DNA of 64,000 nt, from assembly GCA_021513695.1 (NCBI GenBank), contig CP084166.1:128001-192000 (forward strand). Reading direction: 5' to 3'. Below the pieces are notes generated by a model that did not search any database, was not told the origin of the DNA, and saw only the letters and a list, made by a program, of their open reading frames with translations. Of the stretch, positions 29,196 to 39,738 are shown in pieces; position 1 is the first letter of the stretch; each line of letters opens with the position of its first letter. The position numbers and the translations under genes were made by a program. Source of the stretch: Candidatus Heimdallarchaeum aukensis. GTDB lineage: Archaea; Asgardarchaeota; Heimdallarchaeia; Heimdallarchaeales; Heimdallarchaeaceae.

Positions 29196-30492
29196 AGAAA
29201 AATTAAGAAGTAAACTGAAAGACTTGTTATCAATACCCAGTTCTCTGTTAATAGTTTTTCTGACAACATTGTTAATGAGAGCCAGTTTTTATTTGGCAAT
29301 TGCAATCTTGAATTATCCTCATTATTTAACTCATCTTTCTTCAGTTCAAAAAACATGGATTTTTATTGTTTATCCATTAAGTGAATTATTAACTGTATTA
29401 TTTTTTGGAGTGCTATCTGATAAGATTGGGCGAAAGATTATTTATTACATTGGTCTAGGCACAACTGCGATAGCGATTTTATTATTTTCCTTTGTTTCAG
29501 AATTTGCATTATTATTGGTTGTTTCTTCAATATTGGGAATTGGTGCAGCTGCTCAAGTCGCCTCTACCTTATCTATTGTAGCAGATGAAGCTCCTGAAGA
29601 CAAAAGAGGGCGATTTATGGGTTTTTACGATGCGATGACACTTATAGGTTTAGGTTTAGGATTTGGAGGAGGTTTCCTCATTATGGAAATCTTGTTTGGG
29701 AATGAAGATGTTACGACGATGACTAGTTCCCAGCAAACTGAGTTTTACAAAAGAGTTGCAACAACGAGCGAAGTTCTTTTTGTAATTGCAGCTGTGTTGC
29801 TTTTTATTTCATTAGTAGTAGCAGTGGTATTGTTAAAAGGAAAACAATTTGTAAAATTCGGTAAAGAACAAACAATAAAAGAGAAGGTCAGTTTTATAAT
29901 TAAAGATAAAAATTTACGTTACTTGATGCCTGTTTGGGTACCAATAATCTGTCTTTATGCAATTGTATTGACTAATGCTGAAGAATTAGCTCACACACTG
30001 AACCTACATGACGTCAAACTACTTATCGTTCTTGCAGTTATTTTCGGTTCTATACTGATAGGCTTTCCTCTTAATGGAATATTAAGTGACAAAATAGGAA
30101 GAAAACCTTTTCTGTATATAGGCATGTTCTCTTTTGCCGGATTTGTTACAGTTCTAATAATTGGTGCAGAACAAGCTAAAGTTAACAATCCAAATCTACT
30201 ATTGTATCTATCTCCATTGATGTTTGTTCTAGGTATCGGTTGTGGAGCTTTTCCTCCAGCAGCACTAGCATTGTTAACTGATCTATCTCCAAAAGAAAAT
30301 TATGGGTCAAGTATGGGTGCTTATTCTGTAGTTTATGGAACTGGAATGATTATTGGTCCTCTCTCTGCAGAATATTCACAATCAGTTGGAGGTTTATTTG
30401 GATTAATCATTTTGATTTGGATTCTTTGTGCAATTAGTGTTGTTGGAACATTATTAGTTCCAAAACATCTTTTGAGCAAAGGATCTCATTAG
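29158..30492 (+). CDS. MFS-family transporter
   Basis: About 12 predicted TM helices. SDKIGRKIIYYIGL and LSDKIGRKPFLYIGM are duplicated MFS loop 2-3 / loop 8-9 motifs. Confidence 0.7.
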   Translation: MLSKMSSKTSKDTEKLRSKLKDLLSIPSSLLIVFLTTLLMRASFYLAIAILNYPHYLTHLSSVQKTWIFIVYPLSELLTVLFFGVLSDKIGRKIIYYIGLGTTAIAILLFSFVSEFALLLVVSSILGIGAAAQVASTLSIVADEAPEDKRGRFMGFYDAMTLIGLGLGFGGGFLIMEILFGNEDVTTMTSSQQTEFYKRVATTSEVLFVIAAVLLFISLVVAVVLLKGKQFVKFGKEQTIKEKVSFIIKDKNLRYLMPVWVPIICLYAIVLTNAEELAHTLNLHDVKLLIVLAVIFGSILIGFPLNGILSDKIGRKPFLYIGMFSFAGFVTVLIIGAEQAKVNNPNLLLYLSPLMFVLGIGCGAFPPAALALLTDLSPKENYGSSMGAYSVVYGTGMIIGPLSAEYSQSVGGLFGLIILIWILCAISVVGTLLVPKHLLSKGSH

Positions 30493-30533
30493 TTTTTCTA
30501 TTTTTTTTCTAATTAATAATTAAGTAACCTTTA

Positions 30534-31379
30534 TTATTTACTAAAATAAGCCGATTCTTCATTATTTATTTCTAATAGAATCTTAGCCATTTTTGGGAAT
30601 TCTGTAGGAGCTATTAAGCTAGCATTCTGACACCCAGTATTTACTAATATATAGACAAACAAATCAGAATAGTGCGCAATAACCTCTATATTCCCATTGG
30701 TAAAAGCTATTTTGTTTAAGTTTTCTTTTATTAAGATGGAAAATTTGATTTCGTTTAAAATTTTTAAAAGGTAGGTATGATCTGAATAAAAAATATTTGA
30801 AGTTGTTTTATGAAATAATAACTCATTTGTATATCTATCTAAAATAAAAAGATTATAGGGAGTATTTTCTACATATTTATCTACTCTATTGAAAAAATCT
30901 AGTTTCTTTGCTGAGTCAATGTTTAGATTGTAAATTCTTTCTTCTTCTCTTATTTCATAATCTTTTAGCACATCAAGAATCTGCATGAAGGGTTCTTTAA
31001 AGAGTTTTAAAAAGAAAGTACCATCTCCAAATTCACGATTAATTATCTCTTCATTTTCATAATCACTAAAAGTACTTGAAACTAGAAATCTAAAATTTTC
31101 CACTTCTTTTAAAAACACTCTTTCTCCTTTTTCGAATTCAATTCTTGCTACAAGAAAGAAACGATTATTAAAAAAAGGAATGTAAATCAGTCTTTCATCT
31201 CCCGCAATATCTAGGTAATTAATGGTTTTTCCAGTTAACTCAACTGAGAAGGATTGTAAAGCACTCATTAGAGCACCTATTAAATCAGGGTCGATAGGAA
31301 CAGATTTTCTTATTATCGCGTGATTTATTAGAATACCATCATTTGAAACTAACCACATTTCTTTAATCATTTTTTTCAC
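30534..31379 (-). CDS. tandem roadblock/LC7 (longin-like) domain protein
   Basis: The N-terminal MWLVSNDGILINHAII...IGALMSALQSFSVEL...LIYIPFFNNRFFLVARI fits the roadblock alpha-beta-beta-alpha-beta pattern. A second similar unit lies in the C-terminal half. The gene starts 1 bp after the GTPase gene's stop. Confidence 0.45.
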   Translation of the reverse strand: MKKMIKEMWLVSNDGILINHAIIRKSVPIDPDLIGALMSALQSFSVELTGKTINYLDIAGDERLIYIPFFNNRFFLVARIEFEKGERVFLKEVENFRFLVSSTFSDYENEEIINREFGDGTFFLKLFKEPFMQILDVLKDYEIREEERIYNLNIDSAKKLDFFNRVDKYVENTPYNLFILDRYTNELLFHKTTSNIFYSDHTYLLKILNEIKFSILIKENLNKIAFTNGNIEVIAHYSDLFVYILVNTGCQNASLIAPTEFPKMAKILLEINNEESAYFSK

Positions 31380-32174
31380 TTATAGTTTTTTTATATATTC
31401 GATTATAGAATTAAAATTATTATTAGTTAGAGAAGAGTATACAATCAGATTTTTCTGTAAGAACGAAATTTCTTCCAGCTTTTTGCTTATTCTTTCAAAG
31501 TTTTTAGTTGTATTTTTAATATCACTTTTTGTTAAAATAAATGACATTCTAAGTTTATTCTCATCTTCAATTTTCTTCAGAATTGCAAAAATTCTTTCAT
31601 ACAAAGATTCTTTGTAGATAAAGCCATAGTCAAGAACAAAAAAGATCGCATCAAAGTTATTTTCGACTTTTTCATTTAGATAATATGAAATCAAATCCAT
31701 ATTTCCGCCAATTTCTGTAATTTTTAATTTTTTTCCAAGGAAATAAAATTGAGATGTGGAAATTCCGATATTATGAAGTTTAGTTCCCAAAAAAGCATTG
31801 TAATTTAATCTGTGAATAATACTCGATTTTCCACATTTACTAAAACCAATTAGTAGAATGTTGAGTTGTTTATTTTCCTTTCTTGAGATTGAATATTGTA
31901 CTTTGAATTGATTTTTTTGTCCAAAAGTAATTTTGGTAGAATATTGACCTAGAATTGAGCCTGTTGATTCAATTATTTTTCCAAAACCATCAAAAATGCT
32001 TATACCAAGAATAAATTCTTCAGGAATTTTTTCTAGGAGTTGAAGGAGAAGTGATTTGATAGATATTTGATTTTGTAAATAAAATGACAATTTGTTATGG
32101 AATTCATTATTTTGAACTATTTGTCTTAGCAACTGTGTGGCAATTGTATCTTCTTTCACGTTTATTAAGTTCAT
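31380..32174 (-). CDS. Ras-superfamily small GTPase with an N-terminal roadblock-like extension of about 100 aa
   Basis: G1 LLIGFSKCGKSSI (GxxxxGKS); G3-like ITEIGGN; G4 ILTKSD (N/TKxD). The N-terminal ILGISIFDGFGKIIESTG region resembles a roadblock core. Confidence 0.55.
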   Translation of the reverse strand: MNLINVKEDTIATQLLRQIVQNNEFHNKLSFYLQNQISIKSLLLQLLEKIPEEFILGISIFDGFGKIIESTGSILGQYSTKITFGQKNQFKVQYSISRKENKQLNILLIGFSKCGKSSIIHRLNYNAFLGTKLHNIGISTSQFYFLGKKLKITEIGGNMDLISYYLNEKVENNFDAIFFVLDYGFIYKESLYERIFAILKKIEDENKLRMSFILTKSDIKNTTKNFERISKKLEEISFLQKNLIVYSSLTNNNFNSIIEYIKKL

Positions 32175-32193
32175 TTAACCTTAATTAACTTTT

Positions 32194-33183
32194 TTAATAA
32201 CCCATGTCCAAATTTACTTTATTAAGTGGTTCTTCTCCTCTCACGAACCTATTGATATTTTCAACTAGTTTAATTACACGATCGTGCCATTTTTTATCAG
32301 TTTGCCAAGCGCGATGAGCAGACATAATTATGTTATCTAATTCCTGAAATGGATACTTAGAAGGGTAACAAGGAACAGGTTCTTGTTTCTCTCCTCTCCT
32401 TTTTGGATAATTATACCAGACATCTATTGCTGCGCCTTTGATTTTTTTATTTTTAAGGCTGAGATATAGTTCTTCTTCATCTATTGTTTTTCCTCTTCCT
32501 ACATTTACAATAATAGCTTCTTTTTTCATAGCGTTAAACTCTTCTTTTCCTAAGAAGTTTCTTGTTTCTTCAGTAAGTGGAAGTGAATTAATGATAAAAT
32601 CAGCTTGTTTGATCGCTTCAATTCTCTTTTCTGGAGTATAAACTGTTACATTTTGCATTTCTGCGTTCTTTCTTCTTTTTATCGCGATAAATTTCATGTC
32701 AAACGGTTTACAATACTCCATTACTTTTTTGCCTATATGTCCAAAGCCTAAAAATAATATTGTTTTATTTGTTAAACTTACAGAAGGATATTGGGTGTAA
32801 TCCCATAGTCCTTTTTCTCTTAATAATTTGTCATTTGCTAACAACTCTTTAGAAGCTGCTAAAAGTAAAGAAAAAGCATATTCTGCAATTGTGTCTGAAT
32901 GTTCATGACTATTACAGAGAATAATATTTTTTTCTTTGTAAATTTTTAAGTTGTGTCTATCTACACCAGTTCCAAATGTTTGATGAAACTTCAATTTATT
33001 TGTACTTTCTAGCTCTTCTTTTGATAATCTTCCACCTAAAACAATATCTACTTCTTGTAAGATTTTTTTTCTTTCATCTTCTGTAAGTTCATCTCTAAAA
33101 AATACTTCTACTCTCTCGTCTATTCTTTCTCTAATTTCTTCTTTTTCTTGTTCATTAGCGTTAATTAAAAAGAGTGCTTTCAT
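32194..33183 (-). CDS. D-isomer-specific 2-hydroxyacid dehydrogenase family protein
   Basis: ILFLGFGHIGKKV is the NAD-binding GxGxxG motif. Catalytic-domain blocks match the PGDH/GyaR-like family. Confidence 0.7.
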   Translation of the reverse strand: MKALFLINANEQEKEEIRERIDERVEVFFRDELTEDERKKILQEVDIVLGGRLSKEELESTNKLKFHQTFGTGVDRHNLKIYKEKNIILCNSHEHSDTIAEYAFSLLLAASKELLANDKLLREKGLWDYTQYPSVSLTNKTILFLGFGHIGKKVMEYCKPFDMKFIAIKRRKNAEMQNVTVYTPEKRIEAIKQADFIINSLPLTEETRNFLGKEEFNAMKKEAIIVNVGRGKTIDEEELYLSLKNKKIKGAAIDVWYNYPKRRGEKQEPVPCYPSKYPFQELDNIIMSAHRAWQTDKKWHDRVIKLVENINRFVRGEEPLNKVNLDMGY

Positions 33184-33292
33184 AAGTTAAAGTAGATTTT
33201 CTCGTTAAAAATATTTTCAAAATACAAATATCAATTTCTAAATTTTTCAATTAAGGTTAACTATAAATAGTTTTATTACACTTTAAAATTAG

Positions 33293-34951
33293 ATGACTGA
33301 AAATTCGTCCAAAGATGAGAAAACTGCACTGATAAAACAACTTCGCTTAAGTTCTCTCCCCGTACAAAGGGAAAAGGCTGCAATATTACTAGCTAACTTT
33401 CCTGATTCTGAAGTGCTAGATGCTCTTCTAAATGCACAAATTCGTGATCCCAACCCAAAAGTTCGTGATGCAGCAGCTGCTTCTTTAGCGAGACTAATTT
33501 CATATTCAGAGGACGATGATTCAGAAATTTTGCCTGAAGATAAAAAAAAGCGATATAATCAAATTTTCAATCTAACAAAAGAAATAGAAATAATAAGACA
33601 AGGTACAACACGATTCAGATTTAACAAAAAAGATACACTTGAGATCACGCAACTTTTTAATCAGATAAAATCTGATAGATACCTCCCCAAACAGACTAAC
33701 GTTAGAAGTTTGATTAATTCTATTTTATTACTTCCAATAGATAATATTGATTTGGGAAGAGATGTAGCAATAACATTAACTGAAATACTAAAACGTAGTT
33801 TCGACGAAGAAGAAAGGTTGATAGCAATAGGTAGTTTAAGTAATATTGTAACAACAATTGAATCGTATAATCCCCTATTTGGAATTGCAGAAGCGTTTTT
33901 AATGATTTATAAGACATCAGACGATTCAGAGATGAGAATGATATCTTTTAGATGTCTCGAATTATTAATCTCAAAAACAAAATCAATGAATAAACTCAAT
34001 TACCATGTAGATAATCTTGCAAAACTTCTAACCTTCTCTTATGATAAGCGAATTCGAGAAATAGCTATATCTGCATATCCAGAGTTAGTATTTCTTTACA
34101 ACGAAAAATCTACTTTTTTAGTTGATCACATAATCAAGATTGTAAGAGCAACTTATGAAGATAGACTAAGAGAATTAGGTCTTAAAGCTCTAGAAGCACT
34201 GATTTTAAGAAAAAGGGTAACAGAAGAGAATTTTGAAAGCATTATTAAGATGCTAAAATCTCATCATTCTAAAAATATTCGAATTAGAGCAATTGAGTTA
34301 TTTCTGTCTATAATTTTACAAGCTCACGAAGATATGATAGATGATGCTTTAGCAAGTTTGTTTATTATTATGCAGAAAACAAAAGATGAAGATATATGTT
34401 ATACTGCAATACAGAATATTGAGCATTATTCATTGATAGATGTTCCTAAAGAAAATGTTCAAAATGTTTTTAGATTAATTGAAATAATTGCCACAACCTC
34501 TCCTCATCCACTAATCGCTCTAAGAGCATACAATCTTGTTTCGAAGATCATTTCAAATAAACCTAATCTCATAACAACAGACTTCATAGTCGAAATAGCT
34601 CATAATATGTTGTCTAGTAAAGATCTAGGTGTAACTGAACAGATTCTAGTATCTTTCTGTGAGTTAATCTACAATAGAGAGCTAAATCCTCTAGATATTA
34701 CACAAAATATTAGTAACATATTATTTTTATCTGATGATTCAGATATTTTAGAGGGATTAGTAACCATATTTCAGGAATTACTTGTTTCTGATAAAAGTAT
34801 TAATCCTAAAGATGTACTTGATAAATTGATAGTTATTATTTCAGAATCTAATGGAAAGCATGATGTGTTTAGAAGATTAGCTAATTTAGATGTAGATATT
34901 TTCAAAAAAAGTTCTAATAAAGAAAAATCAGAGAAGAAAAAGACCGAATAG
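33293..34951 (+). CDS. HEAT/PBS-lyase-like repeat protein
   Basis: Repeated helical pairs such as EKAAILLANFPDSEVLDALLNAQIRDPNPKVRDAAAASL are present. All-alpha; 552 aa. Confidence 0.5.
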   Translation: MTENSSKDEKTALIKQLRLSSLPVQREKAAILLANFPDSEVLDALLNAQIRDPNPKVRDAAAASLARLISYSEDDDSEILPEDKKKRYNQIFNLTKEIEIIRQGTTRFRFNKKDTLEITQLFNQIKSDRYLPKQTNVRSLINSILLLPIDNIDLGRDVAITLTEILKRSFDEEERLIAIGSLSNIVTTIESYNPLFGIAEAFLMIYKTSDDSEMRMISFRCLELLISKTKSMNKLNYHVDNLAKLLTFSYDKRIREIAISAYPELVFLYNEKSTFLVDHIIKIVRATYEDRLRELGLKALEALILRKRVTEENFESIIKMLKSHHSKNIRIRAIELFLSIILQAHEDMIDDALASLFIIMQKTKDEDICYTAIQNIEHYSLIDVPKENVQNVFRLIEIIATTSPHPLIALRAYNLVSKIISNKPNLITTDFIVEIAHNMLSSKDLGVTEQILVSFCELIYNRELNPLDITQNISNILFLSDDSDILEGLVTIFQELLVSDKSINPKDVLDKLIVIISESNGKHDVFRRLANLDVDIFKKSSNKEKSEKKKTE

Positions 34952-35719
34952 TAATTGAGAAAAAATAAACATTGATATTATTATAGCAAGTGTATAATTC
35001 TCAAATTTGAATTCTTTAATTACCTCTTTAAACATCAAGGGAGAAAAAATAGAAAAAAGCAAAAAGAATGTCCCAGGATAATATAGATAGATTAAGAAAT
35101 CATTGTAAGATAAGGGAATGAAGAAAGCTACAAAAATAAAAAATGTAGCAAATAATAAATCTATAACTATATATGCTATAAGGGGTTTTCTGAAATTCTT
35201 ACATTTGTCTTGTTGGAAAGAAATAATTGTTAAAGGAAGAATAAAGAAGAATATATCTGTCATAAAGTCTGTTGTTTGAAGTATTTTTAGGGATAGATCT
35301 GAAAGCTGAAGTTCTGTAACTAAAGGCCAACCAACAAAAGTTAAGCTAAAAGGCCAAAAAACAGCCACTTTTACTAAATAAAACATGTCTAAAATGACAT
35401 GTGTAATCATCCCCACTCCAATTCCAATACTTATACTCCTAAAATCTATTTTACTTATTTTTTTATCAGGAATATACTTTTTTGTAATAAATCCTAGAAG
35501 GTAAATGAGTAAAGAAAGTACAGTAATAAAAAACAAGCTATGAGTAAATGTTCTATGTAAAATTGTAGCTTTTTCTCCAATGAAAAGATAAGCTAAAGCT
35601 GCAATAAATATATCAATATCAGGGAATATAGCTCCAAAAGCAGCTGATACTTTGAAACCTTCTTTTTTTCCAAAACTTGCTAAAACTAAACCTGAAAGAA
35701 GATGAACTCCTCCTTGCAT
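34928..35719 (-). CDS. membrane-bound metal-dependent hydrolase family protein (YdjM/DUF457-like)
   Basis: The N-terminus HLLSGLV...HRTFTHSLFF matches the YdjM-type His motifs. Multiple TM helices. Confidence 0.45.
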   Translation of the reverse strand: MQGGVHLLSGLVLASFGKKEGFKVSAAFGAIFPDIDIFIAALAYLFIGEKATILHRTFTHSLFFITVLSLLIYLLGFITKKYIPDKKISKIDFRSISIGIGVGMITHVILDMFYLVKVAVFWPFSLTFVGWPLVTELQLSDLSLKILQTTDFMTDIFFFILPLTIISFQQDKCKNFRKPLIAYIVIDLLFATFFIFVAFFIPLSYNDFLIYLYYPGTFFLLFSIFSPLMFKEVIKEFKFENYTLAIIISMFIFSQLLFGLFLL

Positions 35720-35764
35720 AAGAGTTGGAATAAATGTTCTATTATAAATTTTCTTAATTTCAAA

Positions 35765-36046
35765 TTAAAGAACTTTATTTATTAGAGAAGATATTTTTTC
35801 AACTACTTCTTGTGCTTCCTCTTCTTCTACTCTATAAATTAGGATCTTTCCAGATGGAAATAAAGAAACTTTTTTTCCTTTTTTTGTTTCTAAAATGTAA
35901 ACAACTTTTGTCTCTCTTAGTATCTTGAAATACTCATCTTCAACAAGAATAGATTTTATTTTTTCTAAATTTATTGTTGTTTGCTCATCTGGTAAAGCTT
36001 CAAATCCTGTTTGTTTTTTGCACTTTTGAATGACAGAGTACTTCAT
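35765..36046 (-). CDS. small hypothetical protein (93 aa)
   Basis: ORF only; mixed alpha/beta pattern. No family recognised. Confidence 0.25.
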   Translation of the reverse strand: MKYSVIQKCKKQTGFEALPDEQTTINLEKIKSILVEDEYFKILRETKVVYILETKKGKKVSLFPSGKILIYRVEEEEAQEVVEKISSLINKVL

Positions 36047-36156
36047 TTAGATGTCGTTTTTTACTATATTTTTATGCTTTTCTTTTTTATTTCTTATCTA
36101 CACTTTTGTTTTTGAAGTTTGGTAAAAGTTATTAATTTATAAAAATAAAGATTGTT

Positions 36157-37968
36157 ATGAAACAAGTTTTACTTCGAATTAATCTTTCTGATGGAACACA
36201 CAAAATTGAAACTATTCCCCAAGAGGTAAGTAGGCAGTTTCTCGGAGGAACAGGTTTTATTACTTACTTCCTTTATAAAGAAATCAAACCAAAGATAGAT
36301 CCTTTATCTGAAGAAAATAAGATAGTCATAGCTTCAGGACCTCTACAAGGAACAATTGTTCCTATTACTGGTAGATATAGCATTGGAACTAAATCTCCAC
36401 TAACAGGACTGTTTTTAGATACAAATGTGGGCGGTTTTGTAGGCCCTGAACTAAGGTTTGCAGGATATGATGTCATAATAATAGAAGGAATGGCAGAGAA
36501 ACCCATTTATATTTCAATAATTGATGATGTAATTTCAATTAAAGATGCATCATCATTGTGGGGTAAAACTACTCATCAAACAGAAGATAAACTTCGAGAA
36601 CTTGAAAATGAAGAAAGTATGCGAGTAATATCCATTGGCCCAGCAGGAGAAAATAAAGTTAAGATTGCTTGTGTTACTTCTGATAGGTTTAGAAACGCTG
36701 GAAGAGGAGGTTTAGGCGCAGTTTTTGGAAGTAAAAATTTGAAAGCCATAGGTATCAAAGGGAGTTCTAGACCCACAAATGGCAATAAAGAAGAATTAGA
36801 TAAAATAAGAAGAGGAATAATCAAAAGAGCTAAAACAGCAAAAGAGCATAAGCACCTACTTTATCAACATGGAACCAGCTGGTTAGTTGATATCGCCAAC
36901 CAATATTCTCAGTTTCCTACAAAGAATTTCCAGAGCGGGGTATTTGATAAACATGAGAAAATAAACCATAAAGCACTTGAAAAATATAAAAGAAAAAGAA
37001 GACCATGCTATAAATGTGTGATTTCTTGCTCTGAGGTTCTTGATGCTTCTTCTTTTGATTGGACAGATGAAGAATTTATTGCCAAACCCGAATATGAAAC
37101 TTTAGGATTAATTGGAGGAAATTGTGCAATTGATGATCCAGAAACAATAATCAAAGCAAATTATAGATGTAATGAATATGGTTTAGATACAATTTCAACA
37201 GGAAGCATAATTGCAATGATTATGGAGGGAGTAGAAAAAGGGAGAATTAAGGAAGAAGAATATCAAGATATTAGATTTGGAAATAAAGAAAAACTAATGG
37301 AACTAATTGACAACATTGCTTATCGCCAAGGTATTGGAGATTTTCTCGCTGAGGGACTGGTAGATGCTGCTAAAAAGTTTAATACTGAAGATTTAGCAGT
37401 ACATACAAAGAAGTTACCATATGCAGCTTGGGATCCAAGAGGAAAATTGGGTCTAGGTCTAAGTTATGCCACTGCAGCTGTCGGTGCAAGTCATTTAAGA
37501 GGTTGGCCATCAACAAGCGACATTCCTGACAAAAGTGCAGTATCAGTCATTGATTCGTTAATAGAGCAACAAGATTTGAAGACTTTAAAAGATAGCTTGA
37601 TCATATGCCATTTCACACATAGTATCAGCCCAGCATTAAATATTGATGATTGCCACAAAATGGTTGAAGCAGCGTTTGATGAAAAATTTGAGAGAGAAGA
37701 GATAATTAACATCGCAAAGAGAGTTTGGATACTTAAAAGAATGTTCAACATTAGAGAATTTAAACCAAACAAAGCTAAAGAATTTGATAAATTACCTCCA
37801 AGATTTTGGGAACCAATGCCTGAGGGAAGAGCAAAGGGAATGAAAGCTTTTATCTCTGAAGAAGATTTCAATAAATCTCTATTGGCACTATATGAAAAAC
37901 GAGGTTTAGATGAGTTGGGAGAACCTTTACCATCTACTATTTCCAAATTGGATCTTGATAAGATATAA
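36157..37968 (+). CDS. aor: tungsten-containing aldehyde:ferredoxin oxidoreductase (AOR family)
   Basis: The N-terminus RINLSDGTHKIETIPQEVSRQFLGGTGFITYFLY...SGPLQGT and the overall 603-aa length match the AOR family. Confidence 0.85.
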   Translation: MKQVLLRINLSDGTHKIETIPQEVSRQFLGGTGFITYFLYKEIKPKIDPLSEENKIVIASGPLQGTIVPITGRYSIGTKSPLTGLFLDTNVGGFVGPELRFAGYDVIIIEGMAEKPIYISIIDDVISIKDASSLWGKTTHQTEDKLRELENEESMRVISIGPAGENKVKIACVTSDRFRNAGRGGLGAVFGSKNLKAIGIKGSSRPTNGNKEELDKIRRGIIKRAKTAKEHKHLLYQHGTSWLVDIANQYSQFPTKNFQSGVFDKHEKINHKALEKYKRKRRPCYKCVISCSEVLDASSFDWTDEEFIAKPEYETLGLIGGNCAIDDPETIIKANYRCNEYGLDTISTGSIIAMIMEGVEKGRIKEEEYQDIRFGNKEKLMELIDNIAYRQGIGDFLAEGLVDAAKKFNTEDLAVHTKKLPYAAWDPRGKLGLGLSYATAAVGASHLRGWPSTSDIPDKSAVSVIDSLIEQQDLKTLKDSLIICHFTHSISPALNIDDCHKMVEAAFDEKFEREEIINIAKRVWILKRMFNIREFKPNKAKEFDKLPPRFWEPMPEGRAKGMKAFISEEDFNKSLLALYEKRGLDELGEPLPSTISKLDLDKI

Positions 37969-37974
37969 TTTGAA

Positions 37975-39738
37975 GTGACAAATATGGAAAGGAAAATAAA
38001 AGAAGAAGTTGAAGAATTTCTGAATTTAGAACCGAAAGAACAAATAAGTATCGTTCAAAATCAATGCGAAGAAGTAATTTCACAAATAAAAGAAAAAAAT
38101 GTTGACTTGGAACATTTCATATACCAAGTAACAAAATTCAAAACTTTTTTTTCTCTTTTAAGTAAAGTAAGAAGGATTTATAGAAAAGAATACTTTGATC
38201 TTGTAGTTAATACATTAGCTAAACTTTGGTATGCTGTCGAAAAGTGCCAATCTCAAAAGTTGCTTTACCCTACTTTATCCGCTTTTACAGAAGTATTTTC
38301 CAAACTCAAAGGGTTAAATCCGTACTTTACTTTAGAAGCTTGTATAAATAAAACAATCTCATACAGTTTACTCCCCTCAATTGTAGAGTTAGAGATTCTT
38401 CTATCAAAAGAAAAGCAACATCTTCAATTTCTTCTTGACTATTTTCAGTTAGAATCAGTTTTAAAGCTAGTAGAAAAAGAAGAAGAAAAAATAACAATAA
38501 TACAATCAGCAACAAATTACATTCAAACACTAATTTTAACCTTATACAATTTCCTTTTTACTATTCCTAATCTGAAAAAAAAGGACTTTATTTCATGGTA
38601 TAAATTATTTGAAGAAGCGTTAAGCAAAGCTATCTCAACACATAAACTACTACTAAAACAAGAACTTTCAGAGATAAATAAATTTAGGACACTTCTATCT
38701 AAATCCTCACTCCATTCTATAAAAGCACAACTATTACTACTTTGGATAAAGTTTCTAAACGAAAAAAATGAAGAGAAGTTAAATCTAGCCTTAATGGAAA
38801 ACACACAGGCCATGCAAACAATCGAACACCTGCTCGATAATTCAATATATAAAGAAAATGTTAAACCCTATTATTTCCAGTATAAAACATTATTTTTGGA
38901 AACACGATTTTATCAGTTACTACATAATTTTGTAAAAAGCCAGTTTAGAAATGATTTACGTGTAGGAGATATAAAAGATGACAAAAAATCTTTATCTCTT
39001 AAAAATCTTAAATTCCAAGTAGATGAAATATTGAATGAAATATGGGAATACATAAGTGAAATACAAACAAAGGGAGACGACAGTATTATTGGAGTTTCCT
39101 CAAATATGATAAACACTTATGCAAAAGTATCTTATGGAGCTTACATTTACGAAATAAGAGAGAATATAGAGCAGATGGAACAAATAATAAAAACAAGAAG
39201 ATTGGATATTAGCGACCCTGAGCTATCTCTCATGTTAGGAAATTATTGGTTGATGAAATGGGGAGAAAATAACGAAAATAATCGAAAATATCTAGAATTA
39301 GCTGAATCTTATTTCACACGAGCAGCAGAAATTTATCAAATATTATTTAACAACAAAAAACTTCCAATATATGCATTTAGCATTTCAGGACTAATTTCGT
39401 TAAGACAAAATAATCCTCCGAAAGCAGAAGTCTTTTTCATGAAAGCAGATGATGTATTTAATGATGCTAAATATGCAGAAATATTAAATGAATCAGAGAT
39501 ACTATACTATACAAAATTTAGAGAGCAAATTGATAGAATATTGAACAATGAAAAAATAAAAAAACCATTAAGATTTAATAAACCTTTTAACCCACTAGAT
39601 TTCAACACATGGACAATAGAAAAAAAAGACTGGAGAAAAAAGTTTTCTTATATTGCAGAACCATTTCCATTTCATTTAACACAATTAAAAATACATGAGT
39701 TTGAATTTATGAGCCCAAGAAAGGAGAACGAAGAATGA
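37975..39738 (+). CDS. hypothetical all-alpha (TPR-like) protein, probably co-transcribed with aor
   Basis: Starts 6 bp after the aor stop. 587 aa of helical, low-similarity sequence. Confidence 0.35.
   Translation: MTNMERKIKEEVEEFLNLEPKEQISIVQNQCEEVISQIKEKNVDLEHFIYQVTKFKTFFSLLSKVRRIYRKEYFDLVVNTLAKLWYAVEKCQSQKLLYPTLSAFTEVFSKLKGLNPYFTLEACINKTISYSLLPSIVELEILLSKEKQHLQFLLDYFQLESVLKLVEKEEEKITIIQSATNYIQTLILTLYNFLFTIPNLKKKDFISWYKLFEEALSKAISTHKLLLKQELSEINKFRTLLSKSSLHSIKAQLLLLWIKFLNEKNEEKLNLALMENTQAMQTIEHLLDNSIYKENVKPYYFQYKTLFLETRFYQLLHNFVKSQFRNDLRVGDIKDDKKSLSLKNLKFQVDEILNEIWEYISEIQTKGDDSIIGVSSNMINTYAKVSYGAYIYEIRENIEQMEQIIKTRRLDISDPELSLMLGNYWLMKWGENNENNRKYLELAESYFTRAAEIYQILFNNKKLPIYAFSISGLISLRQNNPPKAEVFFMKADDVFNDAKYAEILNESEILYYTKFREQIDRILNNEKIKKPLRFNKPFNPLDFNTWTIEKKDWRKKFSYIAEPFPFHLTQLKIHEFEFMSPRKENEE

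Noticed and set aside
29991-30188. 65-aa ORF antisense in the MFS gene
   Set aside because: Embedded antisense; no motifs.
32438-39116. Antisense ORFs 32438..32641, 33720..33917, 36273..36506, 36576..36824, 37491..37946, 38327..38530, 38523..38813 and 38913..39116
   Set aside because: All are nested opposite well-supported genes (the 2-hydroxyacid dehydrogenase, HEAT protein, AOR and the 587-aa protein). Their composition is typical of chance ORFs.
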